Shown here piece after piece: positions 51,441 to 61,653 of a stretch of 64,000 bases of DNA. The position numbers and the translations under genes are program-made. A model generated the notes under the pieces. That model was not told the origin of the DNA and did no database searches. It saw only the letters and a list, made by a program, of their open reading frames with translations. This DNA comes from an uncultured Pseudomonadota bacterium (GTDB taxonomy: Bacteria; Babelota; Babeliae; Babelales; Vermiphilaceae): positions 3,744-67,743 of the forward strand of contig CAYMRF010000001.1 of NCBI GenBank assembly GCA_964392765.1, read 5' to 3'. Numbering within the stretch: the first letter of the stretch is position 1; the number at the start of each line of letters is the position of its first letter.

Positions 51441-52778
51441 ATGGTACGCTTTCAGCACAATTCTATTTTTTTGCGTTTTTTTATTTTTGCTTTTTTGATA
51501 TTTAACCCAGCCATTTCAAAAGAGAAAAAACCTTGGACGTTTATCGTTTACGCAGCGGCTGACAACAATCTGCGCGACTATGCATCGCGCAACATTAAGC
51601 AAATGTCTACTATCGGCTCAAATCAAAACGTGAACATCTGCGTTCACCTTGATATTCGAATGCCCGGCAGCAAAAAAATGACGCGCCGCTATTACGTTGA
51701 AAAAAATAATCCAGTGCAAATCGACATGCCGCAAGAAAAAACCCCTATGAATAGCGGCGATCCTCAAACGCTTATCTCCGCATGCCGTTGGGCAATCACT
51801 AATTATCCAGCAGAACGATATATGCTTGTTCTCTGGAATCATGGAACTGGTATCATAGATCCTTATGGAAGAAGACAAATTGACACTAAAATGCTCTACA
51901 ATTTTAATGCAGAAGCAAATGTGTTTGAGCTTGATCGCACTATTGGATTTCTTGATTTAATAGAAGCGCTCAATGACCCTAAAGGAATTTGCTGGGATGA
52001 TAGCACGGGCGACTATCTCACCAATCAAAAGTTAGAAGCGGCGCTCGGGGAAATTACCAACTCACTTTTAGGCGGCAAAAAATTTGAGATCATCGCCTTC
52101 GATGCCTGCCTTATGGCAATGCTTGAAGTTGCAGAAATCACCAAGCGATACTCAAACATTCAAATCGCATCTGAAGAAGTAGAGCCAGGCCCAGGCTGGA
52201 GATATGATGAAGCTTTATCGCCATTCCTGAAGGGCGCCCCTGACGCGCATAGTTTGGCATCTCACATTGTAGATGCATTTGCAACCGCCTACCGCCCGCA
52301 AGGAAATCATCCCGGGTTTGTTGATTACACTCAGTCAGCGCTTGATCTTACCCTTATTCCTCAACTTGAAGCTAATGTTGACCAATTGGGCAATGCCCTG
52401 GCGGCGGCACTAGCCACCGATCAGGCACAAACGTATAGAAATATTATTGGTCAATGCAAGCGCAAAGGAAATTGCACCCACTTTAATGAGCCAACGTATA
52501 TTGATCTGCTACATTTTAATAAAAATCTTTTAAAATCAGTTCGCGATACTTTTCCAAATCCTAATTTACTTGCTTCTGAAATCATACGAATACTGCAAGA
52601 AGGGCAAGCGATTATTAGAAAAGTGGTTATCAGAAATGTGTGCGGATCGAACCTACCTAATGCCTCGGGCATATCAATTTTCTTCCCGGACCGAAAAATT
52701 CACCCATCTTATAAGAAATCTAATTTTGCCAAAAACAATTGGACAAAGTTCTTAACCGCATTTGTTTTAAATCCATAA
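51441..52778 (+). CDS. clostripain-family (C11) cysteine peptidase, secreted
   Basis: WTFIVYAAADNNL, catalytic His context LVLWNHGTG, and catalytic Cys context IAFDACLMA. Confidence 0.8.
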   Translation: MVRFQHNSIFLRFFIFAFLIFNPAISKEKKPWTFIVYAAADNNLRDYASRNIKQMSTIGSNQNVNICVHLDIRMPGSKKMTRRYYVEKNNPVQIDMPQEKTPMNSGDPQTLISACRWAITNYPAERYMLVLWNHGTGIIDPYGRRQIDTKMLYNFNAEANVFELDRTIGFLDLIEALNDPKGICWDDSTGDYLTNQKLEAALGEITNSLLGGKKFEIIAFDACLMAMLEVAEITKRYSNIQIASEEVEPGPGWRYDEALSPFLKGAPDAHSLASHIVDAFATAYRPQGNHPGFVDYTQSALDLTLIPQLEANVDQLGNALAAALATDQAQTYRNIIGQCKRKGNCTHFNEPTYIDLLHFNKNLLKSVRDTFPNPNLLASEIIRILQEGQAIIRKVVIRNVCGSNLPNASGISIFFPDRKIHPSYKKSNFAKNNWTKFLTAFVLNP

Positions 52779-52794
52779 AATAAAGCCTTTAAAA

Positions 52795-52831
52795 AGTGCT
52801 TCGGAATTTTAACCTCCGAAGCACTTTTTAA
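52795..52831 (+). terminator. rho-independent terminator of the C11 peptidase gene
   Basis: AGTGCTTCGGA-attttaacc-TCCGAAGCACT followed by TTTTT. Confidence 0.8.
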
Positions 52832-53365
52832 ATTTTATCTAAAAATAAAAAGATTGGGCCCAGCAGCAAAAACCTAAAAGATTAAAAAACAGAATCGTCG
52901 ATTAAACCAATCAAAACAACATATTTTTAAATAATCAAACAACTCCGATGCAACAGTTTTTTACTTTGTTGCAATTTATTTCTACAGAAAAGAGATACTC
53001 TTTAAATTTTTCAAAAAACATTTCAAAAGAGATTGCAACAGTGCGCGATTTTGCGAAAATATTCTTATTGAAAAAAATGGCCGAATGCAATTTTATCTTT
53101 AGATAAGGTACATTTGATAAACAATTTTCATATAGCGCATAAAAAAAAGCAACAAGACGAAGGGGGGCCAAAATGCCTAGAATTTTTAGCATATTATTTT
53201 TTTAAAAGTTAATTCAAACAAGAATAGCGAAAGATTGCACATATTTTTTGATACTATCGAATCAATCGAAAACCGCATAACTATAAAGACAGTGCAACAA
53301 ACAGAAAAAATATTCCGGGTGAAACGAGACAGGACTTTATAAAACAGTTCCGTGACTTCCAGTCT

Positions 53366-53408
53366 GGTGGATAACTTGGTGGATAAGTGGTGGATAAGTG
53401 GTGGATAA
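53366..53408 (-). promoter_or_regulatory. DnaA-box array, left (4 x GGTGGATAA, i.e. TTATCCACC on the minus strand)
   Basis: Boxes at 53366-53374, 53378-53386, 53389-53397 and 53400-53408. Centre spacing is 12, 11 and 11 bp. Confidence 0.8.
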
Positions 53409-53507
53409 ATAATCACGCAACATTCGATGCCCTTATTCATTCAGCAAATAGAACGGCTAGGCATCCAAACATGGCTTACAAACGGCCTTGCCGAGCGCAA
53501 CAAAAAG

Positions 53508-53617
53508 TTATCCACAAGTTACCCACCACTTATCCACCAAGTTATCCACCACTTGGTCATCATTGCAAATCGCTATCTAGACGAGCTAAAGGGGCAGCCA
53601 GGACCAAGTTATCCACC
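53508..53617 (+). promoter_or_regulatory. DnaA-box array, right (TTATCCACA, TTACCCACC, TTATCCACC x2), plus an isolated ninth box
   Basis: Boxes at 53508-53516 (perfect consensus TTATCCACA), 53519-53527, 53530-53538 and 53542-53550, spaced 11, 11 and 12 bp. Extra TTATCCACC at 53609-53617. Confidence 0.8.
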
Positions 53618-53632
53618 AAAAAACGCCTCACC

Positions 53633-53676
53633 TATTATTATTATAAGTATTAATATATATATAAATATAATAATAA
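53633..53676. promoter_or_regulatory. almost pure A/T tract next to the DnaA boxes, candidate DNA unwinding element
   Basis: TATTATTATTATAAGTATTAATATATATATAAATATAATAATAA, immediately 3' of the ninth box. Confidence 0.5.
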
Positions 53677-53730
53677 GGGCCCCCCTCCAAACCTGAAACC
53701 GACTTTATGAAGCCTAAAAGGGGTAGACCA

Positions 53731-53757
53731 TAGGGTAGCTCGGGGTGCAATTAGGGC
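53731..53757 (+). promoter_or_regulatory. TAGGGT-N15-TAGGGC element upstream of nusA
   Basis: TAGGGT at 53731-53736 and TAGGGC at 53752-53757, a 21 bp offset identical to 27270..27296. A third TAGGGG lies at 53768. Confidence 0.3.
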
Positions 53758-53881
53758 TTGCGCTCAATAGGGGTTTATAATACACTTACGATATGTGCAA
53801 CTTTCATTATTAAATCTTTATTGTTTATTCGGCACACAGATTTCACCAAACAAGCAACTCCAAATTTAGAAGGCATTTACA

Positions 53882-54946
53882 GTGAGACTCACTGAAGTTA
53901 TTGACGAACTCGTTGAAGAACGCGGTCTAGACAGAGACATTTTAAGCGGCATAGTCTGCGAAGGAATGCTTGCTGCCTATACCAAAAAGTATCCGGAATT
54001 CACCCTTAAGGTAGATTTTGACAAAAAAACCAACGAAATGGTTATTTTGGTTGAAAAAGAGGTGGTTAATACCGTAGAAGACGAGGAATTTGAGATTAGC
54101 CTTCGCAAAGCAAAAGCTCTCGACGCTAAAGCAGAACTAGAGTCCAAGCTCTTTGTTCCCTTTGATGGAAAAATTGGGCGAATTGAGATCTTGCGCGCAA
54201 AGCAGGTGATTGCCAATAGCATTAGAAGAATTGAAGCTTCTGCTGTTTATGAAGAGTTTAAAGATAAAGAAGGCACCATTGTCCACGGCACTATTCATAA
54301 GTGTGAGCGTGGCGGTGCGGCCGTAAAAATCGGCGATACCTTGGCCTTCTTGCCTAAGTCTCTTATGATTCCTGGAGAAAAATGTGCCGCAGGATATACC
54401 GTGCGCGCATTGCTTAAGGAGGTTTTGCCTGAGCCTCGAAATGATAATCAGCTTGTGCTTGATAGGGGTTCAGAGTTGTTCTTACAGCGTCTTTTTGAGC
54501 TCGAGATTCCTGAGGTCTTTGAAAAATTAGTTGAAATTAAGAAAATTGTAAGAACTCCTGGCTACAAATCTAAGGTGGCTGTGGTTTCCCATGATAAAAA
54601 TATCGACCCTGTTGGAACCTGTGTAGGAATTGGTGGCGCTCGTATTAAGCCAATCCTTAAGGAGTTGGGCGGCGAGAAGATTGATGTGATTGTTTGGAGT
54701 GAGTCTCCAGAAATTCTGATTCGCGACTCTTTAAAGCCTGCGCAAATCAATAGAGTTGAGATAGTTGACGATCAAAATTGCAACGTATGGCTCAATGAAG
54801 ACCAGCGCTCTTTGGCGATCGGAAAAATGGGGCAAAATATTTCATTGGCATCTCGTTTGAGTGGCTATAACATTCACTTAATTAAGAGTGAAAGCCCTGC
54901 TCAAAATATCGATGAGATCGCTATGGATATGGAAGAATTTGATTGA
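53882..54946 (+). CDS. nusA: transcription termination/antitermination factor NusA
   Basis: GTG start with a GAAGG RBS. N-terminal domain, S1 (GTIVHGTIHKCERGGAAVKIGD...AFLP) and two KH domains (GIGGARIKPI, AIGKMGQNI). Confidence 0.92.
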   Translation: MRLTEVIDELVEERGLDRDILSGIVCEGMLAAYTKKYPEFTLKVDFDKKTNEMVILVEKEVVNTVEDEEFEISLRKAKALDAKAELESKLFVPFDGKIGRIEILRAKQVIANSIRRIEASAVYEEFKDKEGTIVHGTIHKCERGGAAVKIGDTLAFLPKSLMIPGEKCAAGYTVRALLKEVLPEPRNDNQLVLDRGSELFLQRLFELEIPEVFEKLVEIKKIVRTPGYKSKVAVVSHDKNIDPVGTCVGIGGARIKPILKELGGEKIDVIVWSESPEILIRDSLKPAQINRVEIVDDQNCNVWLNEDQRSLAIGKMGQNISLASRLSGYNIHLIKSESPAQNIDEIAMDMEEFD

Positions 54947-54978
54947 TGGTTTTATAACAGAAAGAGCTGTAATTGCCG

Positions 54979-57054
54979 ATGCGTGTATATGAATTTGCCA
55001 AAGAACATGGATTATCATCAAAGGACATTATTGCTCTTCTTGTAAAGAATGGATTCGAAATCTCGAGCCATATGTCAGTTCTCTCTGATGAAGCCATGCA
55101 GCTTCTAAATAAAGAAGCATTAAGAAAATCTGAAAATCCACCGGTAGCTCAAAAAAGTGAGCCCGAAAAACAACCCCTTCCGGCCGCTCCCGTTAAGGAA
55201 CAACCAAGGCCTGTAATGGCAGAGGAAGAAAAGAAAGTGATTAAAGCTCCTATGATGCAACAACCTCAAAAACCTACTTCTATGCCTAAGCCAGTCGAGC
55301 CTAAACGTGAAGCCGAAGAGAAAAAAACGGCTCCGGTCTCCCAATTGCTACTCGCTCCGTATACGCTAGTCGATCTTGCTGCCAAGCTCAATAAAACCAG
55401 CAGTGATCTGATTTTAACGCTTTTGAAATGGGGAATCCTTTCAAGCAAAAATCAGTTGCTTGCAGAAGAGCTTGTTTCGCGAATTGCCCAACACTATGAA
55501 GTTCCTACCGTTAGACCGGTGGTTGAAAAATCACAAGAACAAAAGGCTTCTGCTAAGGCAACGGGCGGCGAACAACTAAAAGAGCGCACTCCTGTTGTGG
55601 TTATCATGGGTCACGTTGATCATGGCAAGACCACTTTGCTTGATTTTATAAGAAAGACACGCGTTGCGGCCAAAGAAAAGGGCGGAATAACTCAGCACTT
55701 GGGTGCATATGAAGCCAAGACTCCTCAAGGCAATCTTGTGTTTATTGATACTCCGGGCCATGAGGCGTTCTCAAAAATTCGTGTTCGCGGAACTAAAGTT
55801 GCTGATATTGTAGTTCTGGTTGTTGCTGCCGATGACGGCATAATGCCACAGACTGTTGAAGCGCTTAAACACGCACAGTCTATGAATGTTCCTATTATCG
55901 TTGCAATCAATAAAGTTGATAAGGTTGATAAGGCGCGTATTGATATTGTGAAGCGCGATCTTGCAACTCAACATAATTTGCTTCCAGAAGAATGGGGCGG
56001 TCAAACTATTTACGTTCCAATTTCTGGAAAAACAGGATTGGGCGTTGATAAGCTTCTTGAAATGATAGTATTGCAATCACAACTTATGGAATTGCAAGCA
56101 CAGTCGGTAGGAAATGCTTTAGGTTTTGTGCTTGAATCAAAATTAGAAAAGGGAAGAGGCGCCGTTGCAACTATATTAACGCAACAAGGTCTTCTTAAAG
56201 TTGGCGATTACTTTATTGCGGGCAAAACTGCCGGCAAAGTAAGTTCCATGGTTGATTCCTATGGCCAGCGCTTGAATTCAGTGGGCGCTTCTCAGCCCGT
56301 GCAAGTTGCTGGTTTTAATGAGTTGCCCGAGGCTGGCGACTATTTTGAAGTGGTTGATAAAGACACGTATTTAAAGACTAAGCAGCATGCGGCAGGCAAT
56401 AGACAACCTGGATCACAGCGCGCGTATCAATCAGAAAATGATATTACCCTTATTGTAAAAACTGATACCAATTCTTCAAAAGAAGCGTTGCTTGAGTCTA
56501 TTGCTAAAGTTTCTAAAAAGAGTGAAAAGGGCTTTTTTGTGTTGCAATCGGGCATCGGTAGCGTGAGCGAAAGTGATGTGATGCTTGCGGCCGATACTGG
56601 CGCACGCATTATCACGCTTCATGTTAAATCTGAGCCAAATGCTGCTCTTTTAGCGCAAAGAAATAATGTTTCAATAGCATCCTTTGATATCATTTATAAA
56701 TTGCTTGAATCCTTGCAAGAGCTCTCGATTAGTATGGCTCCCGTTAAAATGGTGCGGACTAAGGTGGGCGAGGCGTTTGTGCGCAAAGTCTTTGATATAA
56801 AGAATCTTGGCGTGATTGCCGGTGCATATGTGAAGCAGGGAATCTTCTCTCGTGATGGTTCTGTGGTTATCTGGCGCGGAGCCAAAAAGATTGGTGAAGG
56901 CAAAATTTCAAGCTTGCAACGCGATAAAAATACCGTAAAAGAAGTGCATGCGGGATACGAATGTGCGTTTATGGTAGAAGATTTTAGAGATTGGGAAGTT
57001 GAAGATCGCGTTGAGTGTTTCTTAGAGCGTCCTGATGCAAGTGCTAAAAAATAA
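54979..57054 (+). CDS. infB: translation initiation factor IF-2
   Basis: N-terminus [14 protein letters not shown] domain [16 protein letters not shown] / DTPGHEAF / NKVD, and C-terminal domains. Confidence 0.93.
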   Translation: MRVYEFAKEHGLSSKDIIALLVKNGFEISSHMSVLSDEAMQLLNKEALRKSENPPVAQKSEPEKQPLPAAPVKEQPRPVMAEEEKKVIKAPMMQQPQKPTSMPKPVEPKREAEEKKTAPVSQLLLAPYTLVDLAAKLNKTSSDLILTLLKWGILSSKNQLLAEELVSRIAQHYEVPTVRPVVEKSQEQKASAKATGGEQLKERTPVVVIMGHVDHGKTTLLDFIRKTRVAAKEKGGITQHLGAYEAKTPQGNLVFIDTPGHEAFSKIRVRGTKVADIVVLVVAADDGIMPQTVEALKHAQSMNVPIIVAINKVDKVDKARIDIVKRDLATQHNLLPEEWGGQTIYVPISGKTGLGVDKLLEMIVLQSQLMELQAQSVGNALGFVLESKLEKGRGAVATILTQQGLLKVGDYFIAGKTAGKVSSMVDSYGQRLNSVGASQPVQVAGFNELPEAGDYFEVVDKDTYLKTKQHAAGNRQPGSQRAYQSENDITLIVKTDTNSSKEALLESIAKVSKKSEKGFFVLQSGIGSVSESDVMLAADTGARIITLHVKSEPNAALLAQRNNVSIASFDIIYKLLESLQELSISMAPVKMVRTKVGEAFVRKVFDIKNLGVIAGAYVKQGIFSRDGSVVIWRGAKKIGEGKISSLQRDKNTVKEVHAGYECAFMVEDFRDWEVEDRVECFLERPDASAKK

Positions 57055-57078
57055 ATAATTATTATTCGATAGTTCAAG

Positions 57079-57107
57079 GGCTCATCCTTTAGGGATGGGC
57101 CTTTTTT
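57079..57107 (+). terminator. rho-independent terminator of nusA-infB
   Basis: GGCTCATCC-tttag-GGATGGGCC (one G-U pair) followed by T6. Confidence 0.75.
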
Positions 57108-57495
57108 AATTAGTGCACTCTTGGTAGGGATGTTGTTTTATTCCGAGTTTGAGAAATGTTGCTTTTTTGTTGTTTTTTAAAAAAATAATCATAAAATTAA
57201 AGAAATGGCCATAAATACAGCATTTTTGTGTTGTTGCAATATTCGATATAAAAATCTTTTTTATTTTTTGTTGTTTTTTGAAGAAAATGGTTAGCGTCTT
57301 TGATCGAGAAAGTTACTCCTCTTAAAAAACAGATCGATCAAGGAAGTATGGTTAGATGCACTGCTTGTTGAGAAAGTAATAGATAGGAAGTTTTAAAGAT
57401 TACTACTACAGTTTCTTCCTAGCTCAATTCCCTTTAAGGTTCTTGTCTATTACTTTACTCACCTTCTCTTGGCCCTTCTCTTTCTCATTTTCCTC

Positions 57496-58431
57496 TTAAT
57501 TATCCAATCCCAGTATCTTTTTGGTTTCTGTTGATAAAAGTGATCTAATGGTCGCCATGTTCATTTTGTCTTCAGTAAATGGCGCTTCTGTTGCTTTGGG
57601 GGTTTCTAGAATTTTGGGAATATCAAAAAAACGTTTGTCATTAAACAAAAGTTCGAAAGCCTCAAGTCCCAGCGCTCCCTTGCCAATATGTTCGTGCCGA
57701 TCTACGCGGGAGTTGAGCCCTTTTTTGGAATCATTCACATGGATTACATTAAGCTTATCTAAACCAATAACTTCATCAAAATGGTGCCATGTTTGTTCAT
57801 AGCTTTTTAAAGTGCGCAAATCATATCCCGCCACAAATGCGTGGCATGTATCAAAGCAAACCCCTATTCTTTTTTTATGATGAATGCCCTTGATGATAGT
57901 TGCAAGTTCCTCAACGGTGGAACAAAGAGACGATCCTTGTCCTGCCATGGTTTCCAGAGAAATAACGGTGTCTCCGGGGACTGTTTCTAAGACATAGTTA
58001 AGGTTTTCTATAATTCGGCTTATGCCTTGGGCAGGAGTCCCTTTGAGGGATGCGCCCGGATGAAGAACTAAATAATGGATGCCTAAATCCTGCGAGCGAG
58101 CAAGCTCCATGGCCAGTGCCTGGGTAGAAGTTTGGGCTGTTTTTTCATCGGGAGAAGCAATGTTAATGAGATAGGTTGCGTGTGCAATAATGGGATGAAT
58201 CTCAGAACTATGAGCGGTTTTTTTGAATAAATCTATCTCGCTCTGCGTTAATGGTTTTGCATTCCATTGCCGATTGCTTTTGGTGAAAATTTGGATGGTG
58301 GTGCAGCCAATTGATTGGCCGCTTTCAATCGATTTTTCTAATCCGCCGCTGATAGACATGTGCGCGCCCAAGAGGAGGCGATGTTTTTTTGACGTCATAA
58401 AAGCCCTTTTTAACTGTGTTTTGTTTGACAA
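57496..58431 (-). CDS. nfo: endonuclease IV (AP endonuclease, TIM-barrel)
   Basis: LLGAHMSISGG, HPG, and metal-ligand histidines (CFDTCHAF, HVNDS). The start may be the internal Met at 58398. Confidence 0.88.
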   Translation of the reverse strand: MSNKTQLKRAFMTSKKHRLLLGAHMSISGGLEKSIESGQSIGCTTIQIFTKSNRQWNAKPLTQSEIDLFKKTAHSSEIHPIIAHATYLINIASPDEKTAQTSTQALAMELARSQDLGIHYLVLHPGASLKGTPAQGISRIIENLNYVLETVPGDTVISLETMAGQGSSLCSTVEELATIIKGIHHKKRIGVCFDTCHAFVAGYDLRTLKSYEQTWHHFDEVIGLDKLNVIHVNDSKKGLNSRVDRHEHIGKGALGLEAFELLFNDKRFFDIPKILETPKATEAPFTEDKMNMATIRSLLSTETKKILGLDN

Positions 58432-58599
58432 AACTAATGGGTTTATTACTCTATTTATTGTAAAACTCAGTTGTAGTCACATAAGTCAATGTATCACAAC
58501 CGCTAGTTTTTTCCCGTAAACACATTTTTAGTAATATTTATGCGCTCCATGCTAGGGCCCTCTTTTTTGTTGCTCAGCATTGGCAGGAGTTATTTTATA

Positions 58600-60579
58600 A
58601 TGATCTCTCTTAAAAAGATTGGGTTGATAAGCTTAATTTTTCTGGGCTTAATTACTTCTTCTCTTGATGCAAAAACATGCTTATTAACAAAAAAAGATGC
58701 TGACATAGAAATTGATTTCTGGGGATTTTTTAAACCAGAAGCATTTGCGGGTAAAAATTTCACCTTTCTGAATAACAACGTCCCTGAAGATGTAATTTTT
58801 TATTTTCGTCACACCAATGATTATTTCTTGAATTTAGTTTACGGAAAAGAAACATTTGGATATCCGGTTGCTGAATTTAAAACTTCTGTTCGTAATCGCG
58901 CCGTTTGGGGAAGTCCTGTTGTGGCACAAACCTTGCCAGCAGAATCTCAATTCCTTAACGCTGATATGAAAGATCACCATCACGCGCTACCACGCTTATT
59001 CTTCTGGATGCGAGAAATTTGGTTGCAAGTTGGATTGTGTGAATTCTTGGGTCTTGGATTTGAAAATAAGCATTACCTCACTATTGGTTCCTTCCCATTT
59101 GAGTTGGGACGCGGTATCTCGCTGGGTGCGGCATATGCAATTGGGCCCGGTCCGCTTGGTTTCTATTCTGATGGCATGATTGATCAGTTTGCTTTTGGTA
59201 TGAAACTTTCTGGAGATATCATTCCTGAAGTTCTTAAGTATGATTTGTATGGCGCTTTATTGCAGAGCAGAAGCTATTCATTAGAGCAAACTGCAAAACC
59301 TATCTTAAGACAAGAAATCGGAAGAAGAGACCATCCTGCGCGTGGATTTGGAAAAGATAACTATTTAATTGCTGCTCGCTTACTTTGGACGGCGTTTAAT
59401 AATGATTGTGGTACTGCAACAGTTGAACCCTACATTATGTATAACGATGATCCTGAGCAACGCGTTGAGTTTGTTGCAGACTCAAACAGTAAGTTAATGA
59501 CTGCTGGTTTAGCGTGCGAATATCTCAATGGTGCGTTTGAAGCGGGCTTTGATACTGCGTTTAACCGCGGGCGCCAATTCGTAAAACCATGGGATAGAAA
59601 TCAGATTTTGGTAGACAACTTTAATGGTCAAGCCGTTTTAGTTAATAGCCAAGTTTTAGTTGATAGCGCAAATTCATTTAATGGCGCTAAAGCTCCTGAT
59701 GTTCCTAAGAGTGACGGTCAAAAAGCAATTAACAATTCATCGCTAACCGGAACCTCTTTGCAAAATGGGCAAATAATTGAAGGGGCGCAAGGCCTGCCAA
59801 GCCTTGGTTATGTTACTGGTCCTCTTAACTTAAAGAACTCTGCAATTCGTTTCCGCACTGAGCCAAATGGCAGTGGATATGCTAATAAATATGAAGGCTG
59901 GATGTTTGTAGCAGATGCTTCATATTGGGTTTATAATCGTGAAGTGCAAATCGCCGGAACCGTTGGCTATGCATCTGGTGATCAAGATCCTAACTTTGTG
60001 GTGAAAGATAGCAACTTTAAAGGATTTATCGGCTTGCAAGAAGTCTACGCAGGTAAACGTGTGAAAAGCGTATTCTTGCTTGGAACTGTGGGTAAAGTAA
60101 AGCGCCCCGGAACTCAACCGGAGAATCCTCTTTCTAATAAAGATTTTGCATCAAGCTCTTCTGGATTTACCAATTTAGGATTCGTAGGCGGTGGACTCAC
60201 TTGGAAGCCGGCATCATGCAAAAAAACACGTTTTGTATGGAATCCTAACTTCTTTGTATATTGGGAGCCAAGCCCCGGTAAAAAATTTGATGCTGCGACC
60301 GGTAAAGATTTGGCGGTACAAGCAAGCAAGTTCTTAGGCGTTGAAGTGAACTCCTTCTTGAGCTACTATCCATTTGCAAGCTTAAAATGCTTTGCTATTG
60401 GTTCTGTATTCTTGCCAGGAACTCACTTTAAAGATATTAAAGGTAAGCCGTTAACTCCTCCGCAAAAGCGCGCGTTGGATAATTTTATCAAAAATCCTGA
60501 TAGGGATCCGGCGTTAATTCCAAACATCGGCAACGATACGGCATATACGATTAACATCGGTATGGAATTTACCTTCTAA
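58600..60579 (+). CDS. large outer-membrane beta-barrel protein (porin-like, family unknown)
   Basis: Start at MISLKKIGLISLIFLGLITSSLDA. Alternating beta-strand pattern. C-terminal signature ...GMEFTF ending in Phe. Confidence 0.7.
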   Translation: MISLKKIGLISLIFLGLITSSLDAKTCLLTKKDADIEIDFWGFFKPEAFAGKNFTFLNNNVPEDVIFYFRHTNDYFLNLVYGKETFGYPVAEFKTSVRNRAVWGSPVVAQTLPAESQFLNADMKDHHHALPRLFFWMREIWLQVGLCEFLGLGFENKHYLTIGSFPFELGRGISLGAAYAIGPGPLGFYSDGMIDQFAFGMKLSGDIIPEVLKYDLYGALLQSRSYSLEQTAKPILRQEIGRRDHPARGFGKDNYLIAARLLWTAFNNDCGTATVEPYIMYNDDPEQRVEFVADSNSKLMTAGLACEYLNGAFEAGFDTAFNRGRQFVKPWDRNQILVDNFNGQAVLVNSQVLVDSANSFNGAKAPDVPKSDGQKAINNSSLTGTSLQNGQIIEGAQGLPSLGYVTGPLNLKNSAIRFRTEPNGSGYANKYEGWMFVADASYWVYNREVQIAGTVGYASGDQDPNFVVKDSNFKGFIGLQEVYAGKRVKSVFLLGTVGKVKRPGTQPENPLSNKDFASSSSGFTNLGFVGGGLTWKPASCKKTRFVWNPNFFVYWEPSPGKKFDAATGKDLAVQASKFLGVEVNSFLSYYPFASLKCFAIGSVFLPGTHFKDIKGKPLTPPQKRALDNFIKNPDRDPALIPNIGNDTAYTINIGMEFTF

Positions 60580-60604
60580 GTAATTTTTTTATAAGTAAAA
60601 AAAG

Positions 60605-60637
60605 AGGCCTCACTAATGAAGTGGGGCCTTTCTGTTT
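60605..60637 (+). terminator. rho-independent terminator of the OMP gene
   Basis: AGGCCTCAC-taatgaa-GTGGGGCCT followed by a T-rich tract. Confidence 0.65.
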
Positions 60638-60643
60638 AATTTA

Positions 60644-61570
60644 ATGGATGTTACAAAAGTGATTATTTTAAATACAAAATACAGTATTTCAATATTTTTT
60701 CTCGTGATTATGGTGAGTCAACATTCTCCGCTTTTCGCGCAACAAGTAAATGAGAAGGTCTTAGCTTTAAGAAAAGAAGCGGTAAATAAGATTGCATCAA
60801 TGGTAGCGGGAGTCCCGGTTATCCTGGACTCTCCTTTAAAAGAAATAATAAGTCCCATTAAGAAAAGTGGTGATCCGAAAGTGTTTTATAATCATGTTTT
60901 AGATTCAGCAAAGCAATCAGTTCTTGATGGATTCGGAACTTTTGGGGTAAGCGCTGAAGAGCTTGAATTGAATCGCGCGGCTAAAGCAATTTTAAAGCTC
61001 AAAGATTCCCAAACGAAAAAAAGAAAAGAAGGTGAGATGGGTAAACCAGCTTCTTCTCGATTAATAAAGAAAGCGCGTGAAGTGTTTAAATTGTTTACTG
61101 ATAAAAATGTTCCGTTGCTTGAAGCATCAGACTCCGATTGTTCTGCCTCTGCAAATGATGATGCGGTATTTGTAACACCAAGGCGTCTTAGACCTTATTT
61201 AGAGCATGAAAAAAGATGGACCTTCGGCCACGAAGCGATTCATCATCTGGAAAGGCATATATCAGAAGAGCATGATTTAAAAGCGTTATTGAAAGCAAGG
61301 CATGGAGAATTGACAATTCCTATGCAAAGAAATTTATTAGCATTAAGCCGTTGCAATGAAGTAAGAGCAGACATAAAAGCAGCCTTGACTGGCGGGCTTT
61401 CTTTTGCTCTTGGATATGAAGGGGTGATGTTGCGAGATAAAACAAAGCACGCAGAGAGCTCTAGTTCTCCTGTTGATAAAACTCATCCGCCTCTGATTCA
61501 GCGCCACGCAGTTGCTCAGTTATTAACTCAAGAGCTTTCGTTACTCGCGCAGCTTTCAAAAAAGCCTTAA
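60644..61570 (+). CDS. hypothetical secreted protein with an HExxH motif (possible zinc metalloprotease)
   Basis: N-terminal hydrophobic segment. FGHEAIHHLERH contains HExxH, plus a later His/Glu. No family assigned. Confidence 0.45.
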   Translation: MDVTKVIILNTKYSISIFFLVIMVSQHSPLFAQQVNEKVLALRKEAVNKIASMVAGVPVILDSPLKEIISPIKKSGDPKVFYNHVLDSAKQSVLDGFGTFGVSAEELELNRAAKAILKLKDSQTKKRKEGEMGKPASSRLIKKAREVFKLFTDKNVPLLEASDSDCSASANDDAVFVTPRRLRPYLEHEKRWTFGHEAIHHLERHISEEHDLKALLKARHGELTIPMQRNLLALSRCNEVRADIKAALTGGLSFALGYEGVMLRDKTKHAESSSSPVDKTHPPLIQRHAVAQLLTQELSLLAQLSKKP

Positions 61571-61653
61571 TTATCAGGCCTTCTTTTGGAATTGTTTATT
61601 TCTCTCAATTGAATCATGTATGGTTAATGTGATTCAAATATGGAGAGATAAGC

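Noticed and set aside
53366-53550. Possible CRISPR-like or iteron array, suggested by the regular short repeats
   Set aside because: The repeat unit is 9 bp with an 11-12 bp period and no spacers, and it equals the DnaA-box consensus. No cas genes are present. An oriC or DnaA-binding interpretation fits better.
53387-53696. Two overlapping 88- and 89-aa plus-strand track ORFs
   Set aside because: Their reading frames are created by the phased DnaA-box arrays (repeated YPP/IHH peptides). They show no coding features and sit in the putative origin.
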